Below, one piece after another: positions 12,033 through 25,904 of a stretch of 64,000 bases of DNA. Origin of the DNA: Gnetum montanum (lineage: Eukaryota; Plantae; Gnetophyta); NCBI GenBank assembly GCA_015680685.1, contig MNCI01000459.1, positions 129,327-193,326 on the forward strand. The letters are read 5' to 3'. Numbering within the stretch: position 1 is the stretch's first letter; every line of letters begins with the position of its first letter. A program made the translations under genes and the position numbers. Under the pieces are notes generated by a model that was given only the letters and a program-made list of their open reading frames with translations, was not told the DNA's origin and made no database searches.

Positions 12033-13184
12033 AGACAAAATTTGTAGTTGTTAGCATCACTAAGCCTTAAACAAATGCTTTTTAACTCCAACATAAATTT
12101 CAGTCAAGACCAGTGGCTATGCTATGCTACACTACATAGCATAGCATAGTGTAGCAAGCAAGCAGGTACTTATGCTACGCCAATGTGTTCAATAGTGTGA
12201 GTAAATACAATGTTGGTATGGAAGCATCAAGACATCTTCAGGTAGCTCTAGAACTTGTTAACAACAATTTTCCTCACTTTGGCATCTCCTTAGCAAGATC
12301 AGCAATTTCACTCCACTTTGTATCCCCCTGGTCAAGTCCTAAAACATTTTTCCTATGATTGACCCCACTTGCAAGAGCAGGGAAGATGTAGTCCTGGAGC
12401 ATAGGCTCTATTTTGCTTACATTATTAGCACATTGGATCTTGGCACATGCAATTCCAATGATATGGTCACAGCATAATAAAGTTCACATCCAGCTTTGCA
12501 CACGTACACGATATGGACTTGTTAGCATCTTGTGGGGTCTAGGACACATGACATCTAGATGACTTTTATCTCCTTCTCTTGGCCCTATAAATACCTTCGC
12601 AAACAATGCTCAAAGGGTTGGCTTTTTTTGGTGGGAAAGAGTAGTTGGCTTGGTTGGCTTTTCATGTGTTGTTGGCTTTTAAGTTGGCTTTTAGGAAGCA
12701 TAGTTAGCATTTTTCTTGAGCATTCTAGTTACCTTTGAGCTCTATGGTTGGCTTTGAACATCCCTTTATGAGTCAAGGATTTTGACATCTTAGCAAATAG
12801 ATCGGAAAGTAGAGCAACTATGACTATACCACTCGGTGTAAGCAATGTCTCTCTGGCATTGCAAAACCTATTGTACACCTTTTGAACAAGGCTAAGAACC
12901 AAATCCATGACCTTGGGGTGTTGCATTCTCTCACCCAAGTTTGTTTTGCTATTTCCTCATTATAATCGTTATTTTGCATTATTCTTGTCATCTTGCATTT
13001 ATTGATCATCAGTTTATCTCGCATGGCTCGCTTCTGGAACAAACGTCCCTGTCTAATCGACCAAACCATTCAGGGTGCCCTACTTCCATTTTTTCTCTAG
13101 CATGTCCCTCTCATGGATATGAGGTTAAACTGTTTGCCTGGCAACCTCTTGGTGTTCCAGCCACCAGCGTTTTTGGTTGCTACA
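12033..13184 (+). repeat. Right part of the 5' LTR of element B
   Basis: Colinear direct repeat of ~28325-29507; TATAAATA ~12587; ends GGTTGCTACA before the PBS. Confidence 0.93.
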
Positions 13185-13187
13185 GTT

Positions 13188-13205
13188 TGGCACTAGAAGG
13201 AGGGC
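13188..13205 (+). promoter_or_regulatory. Primer-binding site of B (tRNA-Asn type)
   Basis: TGGCACTAGAAGGAGGGC 3 nt after the LTR end; complementary to the 3' end of plant tRNA-Asn(GUU) apart from a CpG-decay change. Confidence 0.85.
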
Positions 13206-13426
13206 CTAAAGGTTCCTTTTCCATGTCCTACAGGTAGTCCTGCACACTCTCTATATCCTATCATGCACTAGCATAAATGTGATACCCTTTTGTTGTTGTT
13301 TACGCATCACATGGTGTAGATTGGTCACTACAATGTTTCCTTTGGAACCTGGTAGGATGAAAAGCCTCTCATATCCTATCAATTTCTATGTCTCTAGTTT
13401 GCAATCTCCCATCCTTACAATGCAAG

Positions 13427-16400
13427 ATGATTTTGACAACAACCGCTATTTCCACCTCGAGCCTTGAGTCTCCTTTCTTGGCCCAAAGCACCATGGATGC
13501 TGAGCAACCACCTAGCCTAGTGCTAGCACCATGCCAGTTCCTTAAGATTCGACATTTGTCATCTGAGTTCTTGGCATAAGATGTAGAGCATTATGACTTT
13601 ATCTACACAAATATCCACCCAGATTTTCCCCTGGATCACCAAGAACTTAAGCACAAATATAGTTTCGAGTTACTCTATCGGAACTAGAGGGAGCTTTTCC
13701 CTAACCCCGATGTTTCCATCCCCTTGACGAAGACATATCAGTGGATCTTCGATCAGCTGCTATGAGTCAGTAAGCCTAGGGAGCATGACGTGACATCCCA
13801 TTATGATGAAGTGTTCTAGGATGGGTAGGAAGACCTAGAATCTCAGTTCGAGGGGGATGGTCGAACTTATCCTGTGACCATCCCTCTTACCACGGCCTTC
13901 AGGTCAAACGCACTTTTTGCAACAACTCCCTTTGTAATCACCACAAATCTACCTCAATCTATGTTTTCATCAGCCATGGGTATCCATCTTGTACCCTCAA
14001 CATATCAACATGCACCTCCCTTAGTTTCATACCCAGGAACTCTCCCTTTTCATTTTGTCCATTCCTCGTACCAAGTGCTGATCACACCTACACTACCCTA
14101 TGTACACACTACGCCTACTTCATAGCTACCCAGAGCATCTGCTCCTATTTCATCATCTACATCTATTCCATCATCAATGGTAGGTCGAGTCCCAACCATG
14201 TGGTGGACCCTAGCCACTTCACTCCCTTCTCCATAGCCCCACCAAATGCCACATTACCCTTACCACCAAGCATACCAAGTCCTGCAAGTGTCACAACCAA
14301 GCGCAAGACTATGGCTCGTTCCATTGTTCACGCAAATGACTAACCCTGTAGCACCACCAGTGGCCATCACTCAAATAGCACCACCCATAGGGTGGTGAAC
14401 CTCACAAATTACACCCTTCACAAGGGCAGCCCCAACGGCCCCTCCTATGAGCCAAGCCACTACCCTTGCCATGCCACCAACAATGGTTGCCCCTATAACT
14501 CCACAATTGTTTGCATCATCTCTGGGTTTGGATCAAGCGTTTCAGCTTATCCATACCCTTACTGAAGAGGTTAAATGCCTCAAAGCTACCAGTTCTAATA
14601 CAGTGTAGATCATGTATTTCTACCATGATGACCCCATCAACCTAATAGTTCCCATGCTTATGTTACCTCCTGGGATGCCACTCCTGGAATTCACAAAATA
14701 CAATAGGGAGGATGACCCTAGCGTGCATTTAGTTACATTTAGATCTAAGTCTTTGTTTCTACAATAATGGTTGCATACCATTATTCATCTATTTGATATG
14801 TCTTTGATAGGTAAAGCTTTAGACTGGTACCACATGCTCCTGTGCTCCTCCATCTCGACATTGGAGGAGCTGCTGACCTAGTTCATGACCCGTTTCAAGT
14901 ATAACTTGAAGCCCAAAGTCACGTTGGATTAGTTAATGGGTGTTAAGAAAAACCCACTTGAGTTTGTGCAATGGTTTATACAGTAGTGGAGCACCACCTT
15001 GAATGAGATCCGTGAGCCTATTGTGGAGGCCCATTTGATGGCCATCTTCAAGGGGGTGGCAAATGATTTTATCAAATCCAAGCTGTATTACCAAGCCCTG
15101 CACTCTCTTAGTTAAGCATATTCCTAGACAAAGAGCATTCAAGATGTGAATGAAGCCAGTAAGGATCCAACCTACGTTGCATATAAAAATGCATATACAA
15201 AAAAAGATAGAAAAGGACAAAGTTGCAATGACCATGGTGGCCACCGTGGCTAATGAGGCCAAGCCCAACAACAACAATAATAACAAAGTAGTAACAACGT
15301 CAACTAGCCCTGGGCCTAGCCCAAGTAAAGCTACCCAACCCTCCACATTGGCACCAAAGGCATCAACCCTAGCTAAACCTAATTTCGAGCATAAAGATCA
15401 CTCCAAATACACACTACTTCCTATTAAGCCTTTAGAACTTCTAATGAAATTTTTGGGGGCTAGGTACATCCAACATAAGTGGATGTTTAAGGAAGAAACC
15501 AAGTGGCATAAATGGTACGACGAGCTCCTTAGGAACCCCTCTTTGGCTATGCCCAACGATCCTCTAGTTCCTAAGAACATTAGGCTGGAACAGTTTTGTG
15601 ACCATCGCCAACTTTGTGGTCACAACATGGATTACTGTCTAGCCTTAAAAGATGACATTCAATGGATGATTGATCATGGGAAGTTGGTGCTAGATGAAAG
15701 AAACCTTTTCTATCCCAAAAATCAATCCATGCATGTTTACAAGGACCCCCTCAATGATAACAATGTAGGGTACATTATCAACATGATTAGCGTAGATGGT
15801 AATACGGATCCACCATAGCAGCCATTTGTGATTTGTGTACCTCAACGTAGTGTAGCGACACCAACAATGATCAAAAAGACATCACAATAACCATTCATCC
15901 TTAAGGTTCCTCCTCAGACATCTGCCCCTATAGCCTTCGTATTCAGAACCACACCACCACCCACACTAATGCCACAAACACCATTCATCATTAGGGGGCC
16001 AAAACACTCAACTTCCCCCATCCCACAAAACCAACATAAGATGACCTCATAGCCTTCCTATTCAAGGAAACGGGAATAACATCTAACAGATGAAATGGCC
16101 AAAGAACATACTACCCCAGGTCCTTCCAAGCCTACCCCTTTGTCCTTTGCATCTACACCCCCCTCATCACCAAAAGTTAATGCCACTGCACGTGCATGAT
16201 CATCCCCACCCCACCCAAAAGGGTCTAGCCCCAAACCCAAAACTACTCCTCCATGAGAAATTTGTCTTCTGTGACAAATGGAGGAAGAGAAGGGTGGAAA
16301 ATAATGCAAAAGTGGATAGGACCTCCTTAACTCTCTTACTCAAGTCAAACAAGCTCTAAAATAGAAGAACACAACCTTGAGCCTGTACGACCTGGTAATG

Positions 16401-17160
16401 ACTGCAACCACACATCGCGAGGCTTTGGTTTGCATGTTGGTGGAGGAGAAGCAATCCATTTGGTCATTCTTCCTTCTATGCCTAAAGAACCATGGCCATC
16501 CCATTTGACATTTAGTGACAAGTCCATTAAGGAAGACCCTAAAAAGGGTTAGGCAATGACAGCACCCCTATTCATCACAATTTGGGTCGGCCACCACAAT
16601 ATCCGAAGAGTACACATTGATGAAGGGGCTACTGCAAACGTCATCCTATTCCCCATAGTGGAAAAACTAGGTTTGGTGGACCAAATCAAACCCACAAAAA
16701 TGTCATGTTTAAAGTCATTCAATGGAATGTGGGTAGTGGTGAAAGGCACTATCCAAATTGATTTTGTGGTAGGGGACCAGTTCCCCAAAAATGCAACATT
16801 TATCATGGTAGAAGAGATGCTTGGATTTAACCTGATCTTGGGGAGGTCATGGTTAGCCCAAATCAAGGTCGTCTCTTCACCCATACATCAAGAAATCCAC
16901 CTTCCTTATGTGGGTAGGGAGGTTGTAATCCATGATGATGAAGTGAAAACCTAGGCAATAAACAACATCAATCTAGAGTAAGGTTCAGAGGTCATAACCT
17001 CTAAGAATGAAACACCTATCTCTACCAAAGTGACTTGTTTGGAAAAGGAGCTAACCCAAAATGTCGGCTTAGAAAATGAAACTGCGTGGGCTGAATTACC
17101 TTTTCAAGTGGTAGATAACGACATAGAAGAACACTGCAATAAAGCCTCTCAACCTTACGC
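13427..17160 (+). pseudogene. gag: gag-aspartic protease of element B, disrupted
   Basis: Capsid region ~14610-15150, CDHRQLCGHNMDYC knuckle (~15597), protease RRVHIDEGATANV...FNLILGRSWL (16556-16954). Confidence 0.92.
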
Positions 17161-17359
17161 ATGACCAAGCCCATGATGGGCTAGAAAGTAATTACGAGGA
17201 TGATCGTTACTCGTGTAGCATAACAACTCCACTACTCTTTACCCAATTAACATTCATTATATAATTATTCCTTGTTTGCCTCATATTTATTTGTCTACGC
17301 TAAGTGTCTAATTCATTTTTTAAATCATTTACATCATGTCCACTATTTACATTACACCA

Positions 17360-17510
17360 CGGCCTGCTAAGGCCTAAAACTAGCAAAAGTTTCCCTTACT
17401 ATCATCCAATGGTCCAAAATGGCCTAAAACTAGAAAAGGCCTGAAATGGCCTAAAACTAGTGATAGTTTGAAATGGCTTAAAACTACCAATGGCTCGAAA
17501 TGGCCTAAAA
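17360..17510 (+). repeat. Tandem ATGGCCTAAAACTAG repeats downstream of protease (B)
   Basis: ggcctaaaactag / aaatggcctaaaactag, about five copies, the last four at ~27 nt spacing. Confidence 0.8.
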
Positions 17511-17689
17511 ATAAAATGAGATGCTCCTAATGAATTCAATTCATAAATAAAAAGGAATAAAATAAAATAAAAATAAGTACAACATATAACACATAAGCAA
17601 AATCAATCTCTTCATATTTCATTTTTTCTTTCACAAATTAATAATGTTTGTAATATTCTTTGAATTCAAATAAAATGGTCGGCTACTAC

Positions 17690-20600
17690 GCTATGACCCT
17701 TTGCCCATTCCATCGTTCCTAGCTTCACTAGGCCCTATGTTTTCACCTGGATCCTACACCATAAAAAATGAACTAGTCAGCTAAAGCTACAATAAAGACT
17801 CAAACAATATAAATTATCGCTATGCTAAAAGGTAATTGACCCGAGATGGCCCCACATCTATTTTGGGGGGTATTTGATCTAGGGCTACCGCTAAGCACTA
17901 CAAGGTCTTCTCTTCTGTGATATCAGCCCAATTCCTATCTCCCAAGTCAACGCTTGCTGCAACTTTCTCCATTTCTATGGATGTCCATGTTAGTGCTCCT
18001 GGAGAAAAGGTGGTAGTGGCGGTTTCACCCATGGGAAAGGTTGCTTCCATTTCAGGACATTCGCTCAGTGTCACCTATTGCATGAACCTGTCATAAGCCC
18101 CAGAAGCATCAATAATATCAAGGAATACCTCATAGGTATGTAACTTGACTGAGGAATCTTGGTATTGTTTACGGTAGGTGGCACATTCTAGTTTATACAT
18201 GTGTTTGTGATTTTTCTATGGCACTATAATCTTTCCAATCCTAGTTCTTCTGGGCTAACAAGTCCATTTGCATGTGCTGCTTTATTATTTCATGGGTGGC
18301 CTCATTATTGCACCACACGGTCATCTAGTACCTCGCATAGTCAATGACGACCATGCACCAACTACCATCATTGGTGTCTCAGGTGAATAGGAATTCATTC
18401 TTGGAATGGAGATCTCCCACCTTGGCAGTCAGGTTGGCCTTCTCCTTCTCAAGCCTCTGTACCCATTTCCAGAGGTCTTCGTTCATGTGCCTGCATTCCC
18501 ACAAGGAGCATGCCAAGTACAAGGCACATTGGCTTTCCTTGTCATATATGCAATGAGGTACTTCAGTTACCTCTAGTGGAAATTTAGGCATGACGTCAAC
18601 CTCAACCACTCATTTGGGATCCCACTTGAGATGAGAGGATGCCAAACATACATAAAAAAATGCATTAATCACAGTGGCATGGTCAATGCAACAAAACTTT
18701 AGAGTTTAGCATAGCACTTTAACTTACCTACTTCTAGGTCGACCTGCCTTAGAGGGTCAATCATGTCATTGATCATCCCTTCCATGAAAGTAAATTTATC
18801 AGGGCTTTTGGTCCATGGTCGCAAATAGATTGTGGATGGGCCAGAGGTATCAACGGTGGTATCAGCTACATGGTAAAACATGTTAGCTAAAATCGAGAGA
18901 ATCATAATAGACTTGATGAAGAGCGTAAATGATAGTGTAAAGATCCTACCCAAAAAACCTTTAGGGGTGATAGTGGGGGGTATCCCATTGGAACATTTTC
19001 AAATATATGGTCAAACTCACCAGCGTCTAAATGAAGCCCCTCTCCTTCTAGCTGACCCAGAAATGTAGTAGCATCATTGATGCTCGTGTGCCCCTCCAGC
19101 ACTAAGCTAATCTCTAGAAAAGTGTCATCAACAAGGGCCTTGTCCTGGTTCCTAGGAGCCCCTTCATAATTGGCTGGGTTCCTTTCTTCATTGGTCGAGG
19201 CCTTCTCTTCATCTGTGGAGACCACCTCCTCACCATTCGAAGCCCTTTCTTCTGTAGTAGGAGCCCCTTCTTCATTGGTAGGGGCCCTCTCCTCTGTAGC
19301 TAAAGCCTCCTCATTTTTTCTAGTTGCCCCTATTGTAGGGGCCATCACTTCTTCTTCTTCTTCTTCTTCTTCTTCCTCAGCTAATAAAGTATAGTCACCA
19401 TAAGAAAATTACACTAACTTGAAGCACATGCTACATTGTGCTACGCTACCTAGCGTAACATAGCATAGCGAATGTTAGCAAATAAACAAAACAAAAACAC
19501 TTACCAATTGGAGGCTTCACTCTGTAAAGTTTGAATCACAACTTCTTTCCTCTTCCTTCATCTATACAGAGAGGTTCTTTAGCTGGAAGAGACCTCTTGT
19601 GATACAACTTGGTTGTCACAGTCTCTACAATGAGGCATTCACCCCTTGTCACACTGCTAGTAGTAGTGGGGGATGCCTCTCTCACGTTGTCCTTGGGCCA
19701 AAATTTGCATGCCACCTGATCCCTAGTTATCATTGAAAATAATTCCTTGATAGCTTTCGGGGGGTCCTGAGATTGGGTGGTACGGAAGACTTGGCAGATC
19801 CATGGTTTGAAAATTTGGCTACAATCTTGTAGTACCCAGAATTCATTCTTGTGGATAGGCGGGACACTTGGGTTAACACCCAAAATAAGTTCATAAGCCC
19901 AACCTCCTAAAGGTTATGGAAAATCATGGTTGGGGCCCCATTGCAGAACTAACACTAGGTCTCCTCCACCTCCCCGTACATGAAAAGGAGATTGGTTTCA
20001 TTGCACCCAAAGGTGATCACAGTCACCTCTTGGGATTTCTTTACCACTAAAAAAGTTCACAAAAAAAAACAAAGAGAGAGAGAGGGTTAGAAAAAGGTAA
20101 ACATCACTCAAACATGTAATAGTGAATTCAAACTTTAGCATACTAGGTTTAAACAACATGGGAAATGATGGGAGATCCACCAACACGTCTTCAACAGTGA
20201 GCGGCCTGATGGATGCCCACTACCTATCCAACCAACCAACTTCTTTACACTTCCCATAAAATTGGGAATACTTAGTTGGATAGGTTTTGAAGTTTCATCC
20301 AAATTTTCCTATTATGCCATCGAGCACATTCCTAGTGGAGGAAAACTCCCACAGGGCCATCTCTACCAAATCCAAGGCGTCTATGTCATCATCGAGATCA
20401 CTTTTGCCAATAAAAAACCTAGAAACATATAGAAAATGCATATATATACTATTAATACCTATGTCTAGCGTAGCATGGATTACATAACAAAATACCTTTG
20501 TAGAACTCATCTACCAGAAACAAACAATGTGTTGTATAAGTGATAGAACTTATACTCAAGCATTTCCCAAATCCAACTTAAGTGTCTCAAGATTTTTAGA

Positions 20601-20905
20601 TGCTGGTTGAAATTCTTTGCCTGCTAGCCCTTGATTGATCCATCAGTCAAAAATTTTAGAATACCCTGATTTTCCCTAGGCAATAGGATTTCTGTGATTG
20701 TGGCTACTGTCTTCATCGACAAGTGTGACCAAACGATCACACTAAAGTGTTGGAGGAGGAACTATAGAAATTCACATGCACCCTCTTGGAACCAGACCAC
20801 TTGCCACTCCACACGTGCATGAGAAGGAGAGACATTAGCCACTATTGTGCTAAGGCAGCAAATGACTCCTACAATCTCCAGGACAATCAGGATGGGCTTT
20901 AACAT
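17690..20905 (-). pseudogene. Multi-exon antisense accessory gene of element B (FCP1/NIF-like domain ... coiled coil); disabled
   Basis: Minus translation MLKPILIVLEIVGVICC...VWFQEGACEFL*FLLQHFSVIVWSH...LRHLSWIW...YNTLFV. Introns 20495-20419, 20143-20047, 19504-19381 and from 18727, at the same positions as in A. EDLWKWVQRLEKEKANLTAKV coiled coil at ~18480-18400. Confidence 0.8.
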
Positions 20906-21810
20906 GACCCTGCATAATGAAGCATCAGGTGTTAGCACTATGTATGAGAAAATTTTACACGTAGCATAGAATAACCCTCTGATTACATATAGCATAACAT
21001 AGTATTTTCATTGCATGTAGCATAGCATGATTTCGCAGTCCCAAAATTTTTTTTTTAAAAAAATAAGAAATTTAGAAATGCACCAATATTGCAAAATCAA
21101 CAGCGTAGCAATGTGACGAACCTAAAAAAAACCTTACGATGTACTGGCGGACTGTAATAAAAACATTACAAAGTATAGACAAGTAAGGGTTCACTGTGCT
21201 ATAGCCGTCCCAACCATACATCAGCTATAAAAAATAATTCACGTTATACTATGATAAACACATGTCACATTTGTCAAATCACACAGATGACCAAACCCTC
21301 CTAAGGACGGTACACTATACTAGCCATGTACTAGGCTATCCAGACTTTTCCAAACCCTCATGACAAGGCAGTCATAGCAATGGCGGACAAGGTAATATCG
21401 TAGGTAGCTATGGTGTAGCATCCATACAGCTACTATGGCCAACCAGCAATAGTGGTAGCATAGCAGCCAAAACGACAACCAAAATGAGTGGCAAAGGATG
21501 CAGATTTCAACAATAATGATTGTAGAAGTATGAAAAACAAAGGTAGTGTAACAACTTACTGAGCAGATGGAGCCTCCTCCCACACTTCAACGCACACCTA
21601 AGTTAGGCACCCCAAAGTGTCCTTGACTTCATCCACCTTAGCGAGCCCTCAGTGCTTATGTTTGCCTTTAGGTTCCATTGCTTCACTTGGAAATGCTATT
21701 GGTTACTATGCTACGTTGCTTTACTTTCTCTTGGCATGATTACACTACACTCTGGATGTGGGATCTACTCTCTAATAATGAAAATGATAATTTTACCAAG
21801 GGTAAACCCC

Positions 21811-21818
21811 TATTTATA
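21811..21818 (-). promoter_or_regulatory. Candidate TATA box of the antisense gene (B)
   Basis: TATAAATA on the minus strand, positionally equivalent to A 1128 and C 45108. Confidence 0.55.
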
Positions 21819-22009
21819 GTCAACACGGTGAAAAGAACTTGCCATTTTCACACACCAAGTAATGTGGAATGCCCCATATAGCATAGTACTTTCGTGTCAT
21901 AAAATTTTGATAGCGTAGCATTCTTGTTTGAGAATAGGTGGGCCTAATCGAAAATTTCACCCCACCTTAAATTAGCAACCTACATGTATGAAACCTACTC
22001 ATCCACGGT

Positions 22010-22300
22010 TTGCAAAGACCTTAAACTAGTGACATTTCACAAAGCCTACTCGTCCATGGTCCATAAAGATTGTAAACTACTGACATTTTATGAAGCCTAC
22101 TCGTTAGTGGTCCACAAAGGCCTTAAACTAGTAACCTCTACAACACCAACCTATTAACGGTCTACAAAGACCTTAAACTAGTAACTTTACCTTTACAAGT
22201 TGTTAACGGTCCACCATGACCTCAAACTGGTAGAGTTAATTACATGTTTGAACCCACTCGCGGTCTACCAAGACCTTAAACTTGTAACTTATGAACTTGG
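22010..22300 (+). repeat. ~50-nt tandem repeat with GACCTTAAACTAG core upstream of the RT block (B)
   Basis: About six units of ...cggtcYacaaagaccttaaactagt... Confidence 0.8.
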
Positions 22301-22413
22301 TCAAACATTTGACAATCATTACATGTTTCATTATTGCTGTGAAAATATTTACTATTAGGCACCATAAGCTACAAATAGGTATCACTTGACTAGGCTTCTT
22401 CTTACTATGGTAG

Positions 22414-25400
22414 GTTGAACAAGATGGCCATGCAGCATGATCTACACTCACTTTTAACCTTAATAGGTCCTCATGGTAAGCTTGCAAGATATCTAAACTT
22501 AGAGTCGATAGACTAGGATTCATCTACTGGTAACACTGTAGCATTCCTAGAAACATCCCTAGATTAGGAAAAACATTTGGTCCAATCCTTAGACTTAGAG
22601 GCCAGGGATGTGATTGAGGACCTTCTCATCAAAGCACCAATAACGACATCTAGGGGGAAAATAAAAACACTAAAACTAAGTTCCCTCCTAGATCAACAAA
22701 TGCAAAAGGATGTATCCAAAGTTCTTCAAGATAATATCAAAGTATTCACATGGTCTTAAAATGACATGTCAGACATAGACCCATGGCTAATACAACATAA
22801 CATTGTATTGGACCCACATGTCAAATCGGTTAAACAAAAGGGTTGAAAAATTAAACCAGAAATAGCACTAGCTGTACATGATGAAATTACCAAGCTATAC
22901 CAAACATGGTTCATTCATGCGGTTGATTACTTAGAATGGGTGTCAAACATCGTTGTAGTCTCTAAGAAAATGGGGGAAATACAAATTTGTATAGACTTCC
23001 AGGATCTAAACAAAGCAATGATTAAAGATGACTTCCCATTACCAAGTATCGATCAACTTATCGACACTACGATTGGTCATGCTTTACTATCCTTCATGGA
23101 TGGGTTCTCGGGTTACAATCAAATTTGTATAAATCTAGAGCATCAGTTGACAACTACATTTATGACCCCTTGGGGTACCTTTTGTTACACTATGATGCCC
23201 TTTGGTCTAAAGAATGCCGAAGCAACCTATTAATGAGCCATGACCTACATATTCAACGACTACCTTCTAAAAAGACTCAATGACTATGTGGATGACATAG
23301 CGGTCAAGTCTAAGATAGCTATTAATCATCCCACTAATCTATATGTACTCATGAAGCATTTTCATAGGCATGATTTGCATCTTAACCCAAAGAAATGTGT
23401 TTTCAATGTAAAAATTGGATGCATGCTAGGGTTTGTAGTATTAGAGGTTGGAATACGAGTGGACCCTGACAAAGTTAAGGCCATCATTAACCTAGCACCC
23501 CAACTAACCTTAAAGAATTGTGTGGGTTACATCATAGAATATAGTTCATTAGAAGGTTTATAGCAAGGTTGAATGACAAGTTACACCCCATGCAACACTT
23601 ACTAAAGAAGGGAATTAACTTTGAGTGGACAACACAGTGTCAATAAGCCTTCAATGATTTGAAGAAAGAGCTTTTACATCTCCAAACTATTTACCCACCA
23701 TAGAGGGATAAGCCTTTCTATATTTACCTTGGCACCTCGAACACATCTATCACAGTGCTGTTATGCCAAAAAAGAGAAGAACGCTCTGAAATATCAGTCT
23801 ATTACTTGAGTCATGCATTAATAGCATATGAAGTCAAATACAATGAAGTGAAAAGGAATTTTCTTGCTTTAGTGTTCATGCTAAAAAAGTGGAGACACTA
23901 CCTATTCCATAGTCAAGTGAACATTATATGCAAAAGCAACGTACTTCATGCTATAAAAAAAAACTTATATGAAAGTAGCAGAATAGGCTGATGGAAAGCG
24001 ATAACAGTGAAATTTGATTTACACTATGTAGCCCAATCGTCAACCGAAGGACAAGCGATAGCTACACAGCTTGCAACCTCACCCGTTGATGATCAGGTGA
24101 CCATAGAACTCAAATTCCTTGATGAACATGTTAGCAGTGTCAACCTTGTACCATTGCGTTTTGAGGCTACTTTGCATTTCGACAGCACCTCAACCATGCG
24201 AGGTGGTAGTGCTACTACTGTCATTGCATTCCCCTTGGGGGACATGCAACCTTTTGCTTACCACATCATGTTCCTTCATACAAATAATATAACTAAGTAC
24301 GAAGGAATTATTAGGAGGCTCTTAGTAGCCCAACAATTAAAGATCTGACATCTAGCAGTCCGAGGCGATTTTCAACTTATCGTAGATCAAATCACTAAAG
24401 TCTATGCCTATAAAACTTTGCACTTACAGCCTTACTGTGATTTGGCCAAAAACTTGTTGAATTCGTTCATCATGAAAGACATCTAGCATGTGTGATGCAG
24501 TGAAAACATCGTAGTCAATGCCTTAGCTATGTTAGCATTAAATGTGCCCTCACACCTATTTGCAACTTTACCTACTTCAATAATGGAATGCATAGACCCT
24601 ATCACGCAAGTAGTGCATGTGGCCTCTATAAGTGCTACCAACACCCAAGAGTAATACGCTAACATGAAAGCTTATCTGTAGCATGGTGAACACCTACATG
24701 GCTTGACATCCACCCAAAGGGATGCAATCCGAAAGCGAGCATGACAGTATATCCTCGTAGGAGATAGTACCTTATGTAAGCGCTCCTTTGATGGAATACT
24801 GTTAACTTGTGTTGGTGGTGAGGAAGCACAAAATTTTTTTAGTAAGGTCCATGAAGGACTATGTGGAGGACACATAGCTCCTAGGGCCATGGTAGCTAAG
24901 ATCATATGCCTAGGGTATTATTGGCCTTGCATGGAACGAGATTGCTTTGCTAAATTCAAAACGTGTTACATGTGCCAACATCACGTAAACCTTATACACG
25001 TGTCACCTACTGAGTTGCACCCTACACAGATCATGTGGCCATTCCAACAATGGGAACTAGATATCATAGGACCCATAACACCTAAGTCTTCCGCAGGGCA
25101 TAGCTTCATCATTATTGCAACTGAGTACTTTACAAAGTGGGCAAAGGCTATTCCCCTTAGGAAAACTACATCTCAATAGGTTTGCCACTTTATCTTGGAC
25201 AACATTATAATGAGGTTTGGTCTTCCTATGACTATTGTGATGGAAAATGGGCCACAGTTTAGTGGTCCGGAAACTAGAACCTTTTGTAGAAACCTTGGCA
25301 TTAAGAAATCTTTTTGATCACCATATTACATGCAAGCTAACAGTCAGGTAGAAGCAACGAACAAGGCCATCATAAACTAGCTTAAAAAAATGCTTAGCAA

Positions 25401-25893
25401 CAGCAAGAGGCAATGGCATGAGCAAATCCTCTATGTGCTTTGGGCCTACTGTACAATGTGTAGGACAGATACAAGTAAGACCACCTATACCCTAGTCTAC
25501 GGATCTGAAGCAATGTTACCCCTTGAATTGCAGATACCATCACTATGGATGATCCTTTCAAGCATTGTAAATGAAGCCCAGAACAACGATTCAAGGATCA
25601 TTGAACTTGACTCAATAGAGAAAGAACATGCATAGACACTGGGTTGCATCAAATGGTATCAAGACATGCACCGAAAAAAGCATCATGTAGACCTACATCG
25701 ACAACCAATTAAAAAGAGGTACCTAGTCCTCAAATCTATGCTTGAATATGTAGACAAGTTTTTGGCAAATTGGGAAGGTCCATTTATCCTCACAAAAGCC
25801 TATGAGAATGGATCCTTCAAGCTAATAGACATGGATGGCAGAGAGTTTACAAATCCTATGAACCACTTATACTTGAAGTTGTACTACGTCTAA
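22414..25893 (+). pseudogene. pol: RT-RNase H-additional RNase H-integrase block of element B
   Basis: RT: ICIDFQDLNKA, FMDGFSGYNQI, MPFGLKNA, DYVDDI (~23285). RH: VYYLSHAL...KWRHYL. aRH: LHFDS...TNNITKYE...GD. INT: HEGLCGGH, CYMC, WELDIIGP, WEGPF. TAA at 25891-25893. Multiple stops and frameshifts. Confidence 0.96.
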
Positions 25894-25904
25894 TGCAGAA
25901 GCAA

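Noticed and set aside
13188-13205. tRNA gene
   Set aside because: Only an 18-nt complement of a tRNA 3' end (PBS); no cloverleaf.
22010-22300. CRISPR-like repeat/spacer appearance (also 25905-26245 and 5868-6075)
   Set aside because: The inter-core sequences are related to each other, the repeats are degenerate, there are no cas genes and the context is a eukaryotic retroelement.
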